A program made the translations under genes and the position numbers. Under the pieces are notes generated by a model. That model had not been told where the DNA came from. It saw only the letters and a list, made by a program, of their open reading frames with translations, and did no database searches. Source: Octopus bimaculoides (taxonomy: Eukaryota). Taken from it: DNA of 64,000 bases. Positions within the stretch are counted from its first letter, which is position 1, and every line of letters begins with the position of its first letter. Below are positions 39,171 through 49,754 of the stretch, piece after piece. The DNA lies in contig NC_068995.1 in assembly GCF_001194135.2 (NCBI RefSeq), positions 35,427,159 through 35,491,158 on the forward strand, written 5' to 3'.

Positions 39171-39500
39171 TATATCTGAACGAGACAAACATCATCCCAG
39201 TCATGATCCACAAGAACTCTAGACATATTTCGATTTCCTTGCGCTTGTCAAAGAGGTGTACTTGTTAGTTATATGTCTAAACGAAATCTCTCCATCTTCC
39301 GATGTATAGGAGTCAACAGTATATTCCTTGCCATTGCGGAAAACTGCTAGGCTGAACAAAACATCTGAGCTGTAATTAGTGAATACACTTCATTTATAGG
39401 GCTCAACGAAGGAAGCCGAAACGCACCTGGTGTTCTTCGGGGTTACATATTGGACGATGTTTGTCTCGTTCCGATATATACTGAGTTTTTAACTCAGCAT
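39171..39500. repeat. MITE-like repeat with 27-bp inverted repeats; partial second copy at 23160-23250
   Basis: 39171-39197 and 39452-39478 match at 25/27 as reverse complements. 39410-39500 is homologous to 23160-23250. Confidence 0.75.
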
Positions 39501-40151
39501 ATCATAGATTGCCATTTCATTTTAATGCTATTCCAATTGCGTACGCCGAGCTTATTTTCACTCCGGAAGCTTTCTGCAATAACAGCGAAAGTTTCCTATA
39601 TATTGCTGAGGACACGTTTTTTCTTCAAGGCAAACAGAATGTGTATATTCGTTCAAAGATCATATCATTGCTACCTCTAATATTCTCGCCTTTGCAAGGG
39701 GTTGTACAGGGAATTTTATAGATACATTTAAGTATACATATACATTTTTGTGTCTGTGAGTATCTTCAAAGGCGACGACAAGAAAGCCATTAAAACGTGT
39801 AGTATAGTTTATCTAAGCATTAAAAATTAATGACTTATTCCGTGGTACCGATAATGATGCTGCGACCATTCGTATGAGGGAAGAAGAATGAGGAGCTGAG
39901 TTGATTCTGGCCTCCGTCTCTCATTATTTAGTAGAGAATTTGTAATGAGCTGTTATTCCATTTGTTGGCGACGGTGGATATCAAGTGATTGGAATAATAA
40001 GTGTTCAATGTACAGTGCAAAAATTGTCAAATATCAATGATGAACATACCCACCGTAATCCGAAATTTTCTAGTTTGCTTGAACTGGATACAGAATGACT
40101 TACAATTGCCTTTTATGTTCATTGACCATGGTTGTGTATCAAGTTGTAAAG

Positions 40152-40490
40152 CAGTGGTTCTCAGCCATCTTTTATTTATAGAAACCTTCGATTATTATTC
40201 TATTCTGGTGGATTGCCATAATCATTCTACGTTTAAAGAAAACTAGTTTTACAGATACCTCTTTCAAAATTCCTATTTTATTTTTTCACGCATTCACATA
40301 GTTTGAAATATGTATGATGCTAGAAAAAGAATCCTAGCTGTTTCTTGCAATAAATGCATCTAAAGCAATTTTTTTTTCATGGACTCTTAAAATACTTCTG
40401 AGTATTCCCAATTCACTATTTAGTTTGTATGGACCACCAAAATATTATATGGATCCCCCGGGAGCCATATAGACTCCGGTTGAGAACCAC
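40152..40490. mobile_element. hAT (Charlie-like) non-autonomous element
   Basis: Left CAGTGGTTCTCAGCC (40152) and right GGTTGAGAACCAC (40478-40490), typical hAT-Charlie termini. No clear 8-bp TSD. Confidence 0.65.
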
Positions 40491-41484
40491 ATTATAATGC
40501 TTTTTCTTTTCAATAAGAGTCACGTTGCAACTAGTGGTATATGTGAATGCAATATATATTATGTTTTCACTTCTACTACCCTTCAGTTTCTAAAATTTAA
40601 TATGATAATAGAGTGGTACTGACTGTGAGCTCTGTGTAATACATTTGTATAACGTCTATTTGTGTAATCATAGTAATGTATATCACTGACTTAAGACAAT
40701 GAGATCTGTTGAGTAGAAATGTGTGGTTAGACTGGCAGTTATAACTTGTTCAATGGTGGAGGGTAGGAGGGTACTAATTTGGTGTCTGTGTTACGAAGCC
40801 ATTACATGTAATAGGAAAATACTGCTTGTCTAATCAAGACAAGAGTATTCTGAAGATGTTAAATTTACATTCACATTATATGGTGGCTTAAACTATATAT
40901 TTGTTGTCTTTGTAAACCTGATAATTTGAGGAGTTTATCTCAAAAGCTGTCATTTCTTTAAAGTCTCTTTTTATCAATTTTACATTAGACTAGTGATAGT
41001 ATAGTCAGATAATCTCTTATATGTACCATGAACTAACATACACATTTATTAAATGGCTATTTACGCAAACTCACACACACATACTTAAATGGTTTTTTTT
41101 TTTTATATGTAGGTGAAGATATATGTGTGTCTATGTGTATTTATGTTTATCAATGCATGCGCATCGGTATGCATATATATATTTAGAAATATACTTTTAT
41201 TGCAGTATGTAAATTACGTAATCGCTACGTATACTAAAAAGAAAATGAACATGATGAACATTCACCAGATTTCAGGCATACGGGGCAATGTGTTGAACGG
41301 CTTAGTCGACCAAATTGACCCCAGTACCAATGATTTTCTTTTTATCAAGTGTGTCACTTATCCTATCGGTGCATTTTGCGAATAGTTAAAATTCGGGGAC
41401 ATTATCGAGCCAACACCTTTTGTTAACACACGCGCGCACACTCACACACACAACCCTAGCACTTTCAAATTTTATATTTTACAT

Positions 41485-41539
41485 GCTACACTGATGAGTA
41501 ATAAGTAAATATACTTTAATCTCGAAACGCGTATGTTGC
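41485..41539 (+). ncRNA. Type I minimal hammerhead ribozyme (canonical core)
   Basis: Stem I GCTACA/TGTTGC (5 of 6 pairs), CTGATGA (41491-41497), G41498-C41523 closing a stem II with an AAGTA/TACTT hairpin, GAAA, palindromic ACGCGT stem III, and a GUA cleavage triplet (41531-41533). Confidence 0.75.
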
Positions 41540-41724
41540 TAATCGGAGTCGTGTGGATTCATTATTTTTTTCTTTTTGCCTACGTAAAGAAAGTGTGTTA
41601 CAATCTGGGAGATTCTTACAATAGTAGAAAAGGAATTTTTTAACTCCTATTTCTAAATTCGGTATGTGGTGAAGCAATTAGCTGACCCCTAATTATAATT
41701 ATGTTTATAATTATAGAGTATTTG

Positions 41725-41765
<41 letters not shown>

Positions 41766-41849
41766 AAATAGGACGAGGTGAAATACATTTTGTAACGGTT
41801 AGCACCGGATTCAGTCGTATTGACTTTTTCAACTATATATATATGTATA

Positions 41850-42011
41850 TATACGAAAGTCTTTTTTCCGTCTACGAAATCCACATACAAAGCAATGATC
41901 TGTCTGGGACTATAGTTGAAGACACTTTCCCAAAGTACTACGCAGCAAGGTTGAACCCGAAACCATGTGGTTGAGAAGTTAACTTCTTACCACTTATCCA
42001 CACCTGCACCT
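41850..42011 (-). mobile_element. tRNA-derived SINE (family C)
   Basis: Minus-strand head GGTAAGAAGTT..CCACATGGTTTCGGGTTCAACC..GGGAAAGTGTCTTCAACTATAG. A homologue lies at 46826-46980 and a weaker one at ~29510-29625. Confidence 0.8.
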
Positions 42012-43000
42012 AGTAGATAGATTCATAAGAGTATTCATGGAGACACTTATAAACACAAATATGTACATATGTATATATATATAAATATATATATATATAT
42101 TTATAAATAAGTATATATATATATATATATATATATATATNNNNNNNNNNNNNNNNNNNNNNNNNNNNNNNNNNNNNNNNNNNNNNNNNNNNNNNNNNNN
42201 NNNNNNNNNNNNNNNNNNNNNNNNNNNNNNNNNNNNNNNNNNNNNNNNNNNNNNNNNNNNNNNNNNNNNNNNNNNNNNNNNNNNNNNNNNNNNNNNNNNN
42301 NNNNNNNNNNNNNNNNNNNNNNNNNNNNNNNNNNNNNNNNNNNNNNNNNNNNNNNNNNNNNNNNNNNNNNNNNNNNNNNNNNNNNNNNNNNNNNNNNNNN
42401 NNNNNNNNNNNNNNNNNNNNNNNNNNNNNNNNNNNNNNNNNNNNNNNNNNNNNNNNNNNNNNNNNNNNNNNNNNNNNNNNNNNNNNNNNNNNNNNNNNNN
42501 NNNNNNNNNNNNNNNNNNNNNNNNNNNNNNNNNNNNNNNNNNNNNNNNNNNNNNNNNNNNNNNNNNNNNNNNNNNNNNNNNNNNNNNNNNNNNNNNNNNN
42601 NNNNNNNNNNNNNNNNNNNNNNNNNNNNNNNNNNNNNNNNNNNNNNNNNNNNNNNNNNNNNNNNNNNNNNNNNNNNNNNNNNNNNNNNNNNNNNNNNNNN
42701 NNNNNNNNNNNNNNNNNNNNNNNNNNNNNNNNNNNNNNNNNNNNNNNNNNNNNNNNNNNNNNNNNNNNNNNNNNNNNNNNNNNNNNNNNNNNNNNNNNNN
42801 NNNNNNNNNNNNNNNNNNNNNNNNNNNNNNNNNNNNNNNNNNNNNNNNNNNNNNNNNNNNNNNNNNNNNNNNNNNNNNNNNNNNNNNNNNNNNNNNNNNN
42901 NNNNNNNNNNNNNNNNNNNNNNNNNNNNNNNNNNNNNNNNNNNNNNNNNNNNNNNNNNNNNNNNNNNNNNNNNNNNNNNNNNNNNNNNNNNNNNNNNNNN

Positions 43001-43080
<80 letters not shown>

Positions 43081-43462
43081 CTCTATCGCTCTCTTTATCT
43101 TGCTCTCTCTCTCTTTCTCATATATTACCTTTTTACTTACTTGTTGTGACGCAAAATGCAGAAAGTGATTAATGTCAAATCCCGTGGTAGGAGACATCAA
43201 GTATACTGAGAGGATTAGAGTACGGAGGGAATGCCCCAGTAAAGATGGTATGAATTCAGCTAACAGCAATCAATAGAGTCTATTACATATGTGGCAGAAG
43301 AATATCTAGCAGCACGCTTCTGGGCTAAAAGAGCGGAACATATCTTTGAGTATCTTTACACCAGTCATCTGGTAGACCTTTTGCGGGTTCAGTCTACAAT
43401 GATGTCTATGTCATTATAGCAACATTCCCAGACCACATGTAACTTTAATATTCTATTTAGGT

Positions 43463-43893
43463 AAGGCGGCGAGCTGGCAGAAACGTTAGTACGCCAGGCG
43501 AAATGCTTAGCGGTATTTCGTCTGCCGTTAGGTTCTGAGTTCAAATTCAGCTGAGGTCGACTTTGCCTTTCTTCCTTTCGGAGTCGATAAATTAAGTGCC
43601 AGTTACGCACTGGGGTCGATATAATTGAATTAACTCCTTTGTCTGTCCTTGTTTGTACCCACTATGTTTAGCCCCTTGTGGGCAATAAAAAAATAAGAAA
43701 CGTTAGCATGCCGGGCGAAATGACTAGCGGTATTTCGTTTGTCTTTACATTCTGAGTTCAAATTCCACTGAGGTCGACTTTGGCTTTCATCCTTTCGGAG
43801 TCGATAAATTAAGTACCAGTTGTGTACTGGAGTCGATCTAATCGACTGGCTCCCTCCCCCAAAATTTCGAACTTTGTGCCTAGAGTAGAAAAG
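43463..43893 (+). mobile_element. Dimeric tRNA-derived SINE (Meta-domain-like) with a 16-bp target site duplication
   Basis: Two units share the head (GAAACGTTAG..GGCGAAATG), B-box GAGTTCAAATTC and GGTCGACTTTG.CTTT..TCCTTTCGGAGTCGATAAATTAAGT domain but have different tails. AATATTCTATTTAGGT flanks both sides (43447-43462 and 43894-43909). Confidence 0.92.
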
Positions 43894-44080
43894 AATATTC
43901 TATTTAGGTGCTGCATAAGCTTTATAAAGTGTCGATGATTTTGAGAACTGAAATATCTTCTCATACTAAAAAAAAGGGATAGCCGTTGGGATGCAAACTT
44001 AGATACGCTAAAGATGGGTTTTGCTAGGAGAGATCCTTTGTGGCATTGAGACTGGATATCTGAAGTGACACATACACCTT

Positions 44081-44230
44081 TTATCTTTTACTTATTTCAG
44101 TCTTTGGACTGCGGCCATGCTGCAACACCAATTTGAAGACTTTTAGTCGAATAAATAGATCATCACACTAATTTTTTAAAGTCTGGTACTTATTCTATAC
44201 ATCTCTTTTTTCCGAACCGCTATGTCACGG
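44081..44230 (-). mobile_element. SINE fragment (family B)
   Basis: GACTGCGGCCATGCTG..TTTAGTCGA..GTACTTATTCTAT..CCGAACCGCTA matches 55681-55883. Confidence 0.8.
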
Positions 44231-44238
44231 AGAGAGAC

Positions 44239-44302
<64 letters not shown>

Positions 44303-44374
44303 GTAAATAGATAGAGAGAGAGAGAGAGAGAGATGCATGAATATAAAATCATATGTATGAATTCTAATAAATAA

Positions 44375-44465
<91 letters not shown>

Positions 44466-44869
44466 TGTGTGAATAAATATGAGTGATGAATAGAGATCTC
44501 AGACTCATGCGTTAATAGTGATGTCACACTAGACTCTTTCAGCGGCAACAGAATATGAAAGTCATACGGATCAATAGAGACACTCAACTTGTGTTTTCTC
44601 AATCGTTTTAATTATCGTGTTTACAAGGATATTCAATATACATTCCCCCTGCTTATATTACTTTGCGTTTTATTTTTTAAAATTACCGTTCTATGGTTTA
44701 TGTGCTGGGAATAAGGATTTTGCAAAATAAATACAAAAGAAGGGGAAATAAAATAATTGGCGTTTAGGTTTGTCACAAATGAACATTGCTGTGGTCAATA
44801 AACTTTCGTATGCTTTCATTCATTTCGTGTTTGTGTAAGATTTTTAATATACCATTTGATCATGAGATA

Positions 44870-44916
<47 letters not shown>

Positions 44917-45378
44917 ATAACGGTATTAAAGTGAAGACCCTGAAGAAACTACACCGGTATTCTAGTAAGGTTTCAATTGCAACAGTTACTAATCGATGCA
45001 GTACAAACATGTGTAGGTTTGAGGCTGTATTTATATATTAAACAGGAAAACAGGAAACTAGAAAGACTGGAAATTAGGGCATATTTTTAATTCCATATTA
45101 CAAGTGTTTCATTACAGTTACAAAGACATAGCTACAGAAAAAGATGTATGGAATCTCCTATACATAATCTTTTCAGACAATAGTACTCAATAACATCGGA
45201 TGAAGTTGCAATTTCTGTTATAAGCATTAATTAGATGCATAGTGAAAGATGTAGGTAAAAAGCTGGAGAAGATGAAGAAAAATATGCAATTAAAGCTATA
45301 CTAAATTTTTCCACTCTTTTGTTTTCATTTGTAATTACTCTGGAAATAGAATTAACCGGAAACTTCAAATGCAAAGTA

Positions 45379-45593
45379 CGAGAGGGTGTTGAAACATTTC
45401 TCGCTTTAAGGGAGTCGCAAAAGGCCTGGTTGGAGGCCCGATCTTCCGAGTTCTTTCACAGATCTTAGAAAAACTGAAAGACCGCTACAATAAGTGTATG
45501 AATCTGAGAAGGGAATGTTGAATAAAATCATAAGTAACTGATGCTCTTGTATTTTCTTCTACGCAAAGGCAGGAACTTTTCACCGTCCACTCG
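45379..45593 (+). mobile_element. 215-bp internally deleted mariner (mini-mariner)
   Basis: TA on both sides (45377-78, 45594-95), imperfect ~28-bp TIRs (CGAGAGGGTGTTGAAAC../..TTTTCACCGTCCACTCG), and an internal transposase C-terminus KAWLEARSSEFF..LEKLKDRYNKCMNL. Confidence 0.85.
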
Positions 45594-45696
45594 TATGTAT
45601 CGTTCAAAATAAAGTATCTATATATACTCATTTGATTGGTGTGAATATGCAGATGTTCTTCACCAGGACACAGTTTGGATTGTAACCCTTCAATAC

Positions 45697-45746
<50 letters not shown>

Positions 45747-46004
45747 TAGGATTCAAGTGAACCAGGCACTCGTAGAATCACGAAGATGAATATGCCGTTG
45801 ATTTTTAAATGTTTATAAATGTGGTTCATGTATTTACCTGATAAGAACGATTTTTTTCTAATGATGTAATGTCTCCATAAATCAATTAAAAAATTCGTTG
45901 GAAACAGCTGTAGTAAATCGATACATTATCCATCTGTTGTTATTTATTCACAAACATGTATACATGCATGCATACATATATAAATACATACATACCTATC
46001 TACA

Positions 46005-46036
<32 letters not shown>

Positions 46037-46722
46037 ATAGTGCGAACACATCAAATGCTAAGGCATTTAGCAGTGACCTGGTATTTTGTATATATTGAGA
46101 CATTGGTCTTCGTTTCTCTATGTGTAGATCTTCAAAAGTTTCGCTTGTAAACCTAGAGGCTAGTCATACGTGTAAAAAAATTAAATTGAACTAAATTTTA
46201 GGTTAGTGCATTGAGAAATATTAGGAAGACGACAGTTGAAAGTGAATCTTCAAATATGAAAAAAATTTGCGTATCGAGAACTAAGAATGCTTTCTTAATC
46301 CACGTAATTATATATTACAAGTATATAGCTTATATTAACATTTAAGCGGCTGAATTGCCTGTGAGATGATTTCAGTGCGGAAATATAACACTAATGATTA
46401 GCTAACAGTTTATAGAGAAATTTTAAATATACGTTAAATATACGTTGTCCGAATGAAGAAATGAATGAAATATTGAATCGAAATCTAAAAGTAAAATTTA
46501 ATTTGAAACAATAAAGAGGAAAGCAGACGTGGAAAAAATAGAATGCAATATTGTAATGAATATAGCCATAGTGATATATAGTTCTTGCAATTATTCTATC
46601 AGTACCGTTTTGCCGAACCGCTACGTTGAGGAGGTGTTAACATATCACTCGGTGATAGTATACAAGCATATTCACACACACACACACACACATACACACA
46701 CACTCTCTCTAACTCTTTCTCA

Positions 46723-46798
<76 letters not shown>

Positions 46799-46825
46799 CA
46801 TACACATGTGTGTGTGCGTGTGTGT

Positions 46826-46980
46826 GTACGACGGACTTCTGCCCGTTTCCAGCTGAGAAATTCGCTCACGAATCTTTGATCGGCCCGAGGTAATAGTAGA
46901 ACAGATCTGCCCAAGGAACCACGCAGTGGAACTGAATTCAGAACTTTATGATTGGGAAGTAAACACCCATACTTGTGCCT
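46826..46980 (-). mobile_element. tRNA-derived SINE (family C)
   Basis: Homologous to 41850-42011 (GGCCCGAGG..ATAGTAGAA..TGCCCAAGG..CCACGCAGTGG). Confidence 0.78.
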
Positions 46981-47366
46981 ATATGAAGAAATAACTAATA
47001 TAATGGTTCCGAATCTTTGTCGCTATGCAATTTGTCCATTGTGCTAACGTATAAATACTGAACATTACATAAACTAATATTCAATATTTAAATGCAACCC
47101 TCTCATAGATTTTATGCTTACTGTGAAAAATGTTGCCATGGATCCTATTATGAAAGATTCAACTGCAAATAATGCCAATGCAAAATGATATCAGATATTA
47201 TTTATAGGCATTGACCTGCGAGAAATATATAGCACCTAGTGTTGGAATGTAAAAGGTATATTGAATATGTGTTGTATGACCGTGATACCTGAAGAAATTA
47301 TAGATATGTAGTCAAGTTCAGTGAGCCAGTTTGACTTCACTGTTTTAAATTCGTAGCTATAAGATA

Positions 47367-48227
47367 CGTGGGCCGATTAATAAGTATCCGGACTGTTGGT
47401 ATGGTAACGAAGTTAAAGCACGGAGAGTAAAGCCGCTTCGTACGAATTGACCTTGAACTCTGTTGTGCATGCGCACAAAGTTTTAGCGGTCTAGCTGACT
47501 TCCATTGTTTGCATCAGTGCTTGGGAGGAAGGTGAGTAGCATGTGCTCGTCGCATTGACCATCAGCGAGAAAGTTGAGCAGAGACTCTACAACAAATTTT
47601 GCCACAGTTTTCAAAACGTTTTCATCGTTTTCAACACAATCAGGGAGATCTTGTGCAACTGAAACCCGAGTGTCTTTTTGGTCAGCTAAAAGCTGTTTTG
47701 GCACAGACTTTGGCAGATACGCGTCTCATACTCAAATCTGCAGTGATAATGGACTAACTCAACTGTAACTAATCTGCACATCCTCGGATAACTCACAGAT
47801 GGTGATTCGACGATTTCCTCTCACAGCTGCACGCACATCTGCGACGTTTTTCTCAGTTCTGCTAGTTGCGTGTCTCCCAGAAAATTTCGTCGATATCGAC
47901 ATCTTTCGACCATCTTGGAAACGTCTGAACAACTCGTACACTTGTGTGAGATTCATACACTCCTCTCCATACACTTTCTGCAGCTTTTCGTAGGCTTCTG
48001 AGCAGGTATCGCCGTGACAACTTTCTCTGTCATGGTCAATGCGACGATCACACGCTACACACTTTCATCCCAAGTACTGTTGTAATCAACGGAAGTGAGC
48101 TAGAACGTTAAAACTTAGTGTGCATGCACAAAAGTGTTGCAGATCAATCTGTGCCAAGCAGCTTTATTCTGCATGCTTTTACTTCGTTACTATGGCAACA
48201 GCCCGGATACTTATTCATCAGACTTCG
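47367..48227 (-). mobile_element. Foldback mariner derivative: transposase 5' half capped by an inverted copy of its own 5' end
   Basis: TA flanks (47365-66, 48228-29); ~210-bp inverted arms 47367-47576 and 48018-48227. The minus strand encodes MTEKV..GDTCSEAYEKLQKVYGEE..RRITICELSEDV..MRRVSAKSVPKQL (mariner DNA-binding region). No DDD domain. Confidence 0.9.
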
Positions 48228-48279
48228 TATAATAGCTGTGATGTGTACTGAATACTGGTGAATTTCGGGTACATTATAC

Positions 48280-48700
48280 CAAGGGAAAAGGTTGGATGTC
48301 ACGCCGGTCAAACAACAAAAATTTTATAATCCCCACAAGTGTTAAAATACACCAGCTATTTACACCATAAGACACCATAGTATAGCACACCAATAAAAAG
48401 TACACCGCATCATACGACGCCAACATACAAACCAACACGAACATCAACGTCAAATAACTACACCACACCAACAAATTATGTCAGATCAACACACGACACA
48501 AAAGCAATACACAATGCCACACCAGCACACTACATCACACCCTACCAACCATATAGTATCTCTATGCCACACCAACACACTAAAGAGACAGCAACATGCT
48601 ACTTTATTGCACAGAATTAATACACTACAACACCCGGCAACATAGTTCAAACCGATACACTACAGTATACCACAAAAACTTACTATGCTATGAGTCAACG
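48280..48700. repeat. Decayed C/A-rich low-complexity tract (ACACC/ATACA-like units)
   Basis: Strong G/T depletion on the + strand over ~420 bp, with recurrent ACAC, CAACAC and TACAC words. Confidence 0.7.
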
Positions 48701-48949
48701 CATCACCGTATTCCGTCTCTAATAAAGACTCACACTTTTGGTCACGTGATTAATTCTATATGCTCACTCAGACCAACAGGAACAGCGTACAAATCTTACT
48801 TAAATATACACTGTTATTTTAAAAAGTAAGGAGGCCTTCCCTAATGTGATAAAAAGAAACTATATCTGAGATATAAGCAAGATAATTATGAATAGTACAT
48901 CTTTGGTCATAAGTCTGCTCGATCAAAGTAAATTGAAATCGTGTATACC

Positions 48950-49230
48950 AGTCACACAATAGTAGATGTCACCTGCATTGACGATCAATGAGGAGACGGT
49001 AGTGCCCTTTTGCTGGTTCACATATCTCAGTACCACTCTCTCAGAATCGTACTCATTGCCAATGAAGTGAACAGCAAAATTGTCAAGGTTAACATTAAAT
49101 AGCTGGTGTATTTTAACAGGTTGTCTGGGCGAGAAGGATATCAGCATCCAAGCCAGGTTAGGATCCATAAGGCCGTTCTTCTACCAAGTATCTGTTGCGT
49201 GCTTTTCATCAACATGCTCACTCCTTTAAA
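48950..49230 (+). pseudogene. RTE-clade LINE RT fragment
   Basis: FTYLSTTLS..ANEVNSKIVK..REGYQHPSQVRIHKAVLLP across frameshifts, like FxYLGSxLS..EVxxRI..KxxVYxAVVL. Confidence 0.6.
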
Positions 49231-49711
49231 TCAAGGAACGGGCAAATTCTACTTACCTATATCAATTTATCTGGCGACCGAGAGGCTAGGGATCTAAACA
49301 CCCCTCTGTAAATTAGAGCATTATCAATAAAGCTACTCCATATTTCATCAGATCACGAAATTACAGGCTTTGTCTCAGTGAAGATTCCTACACACTGAAG
49401 CAATCAGCAATTTGTCTCAATCAGAGATCGGAGATATTATCTGTTAGCATTAGAGGACGATTCACTTAATTTCTTACTGTATAAATATCCCGGATCAATC
49501 GACACAAATTCAAAACGTTGGATCTGATGTGATACACAGAGTAATCTCTCACCGTAGGGACAATAGATTTTAAAGGGATTATACCCTTGATATCACACCA
49601 GTGCCGACGCTTTCTGACTCACTACAGCGCCAAAATACCACCACTCTTCACCAGTCACGAAATATTTCATTTCCTGCTTTATCACACGCGTAATTTATAT
49701 GTATATACGCA

Positions 49712-49754
<43 letters not shown>

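Noticed and set aside
43141-43269. Minus-strand ORF ending at a GTAAGT donor
   Set aside because: No acceptor in frame, stops upstream in all frames and no recognisable product.
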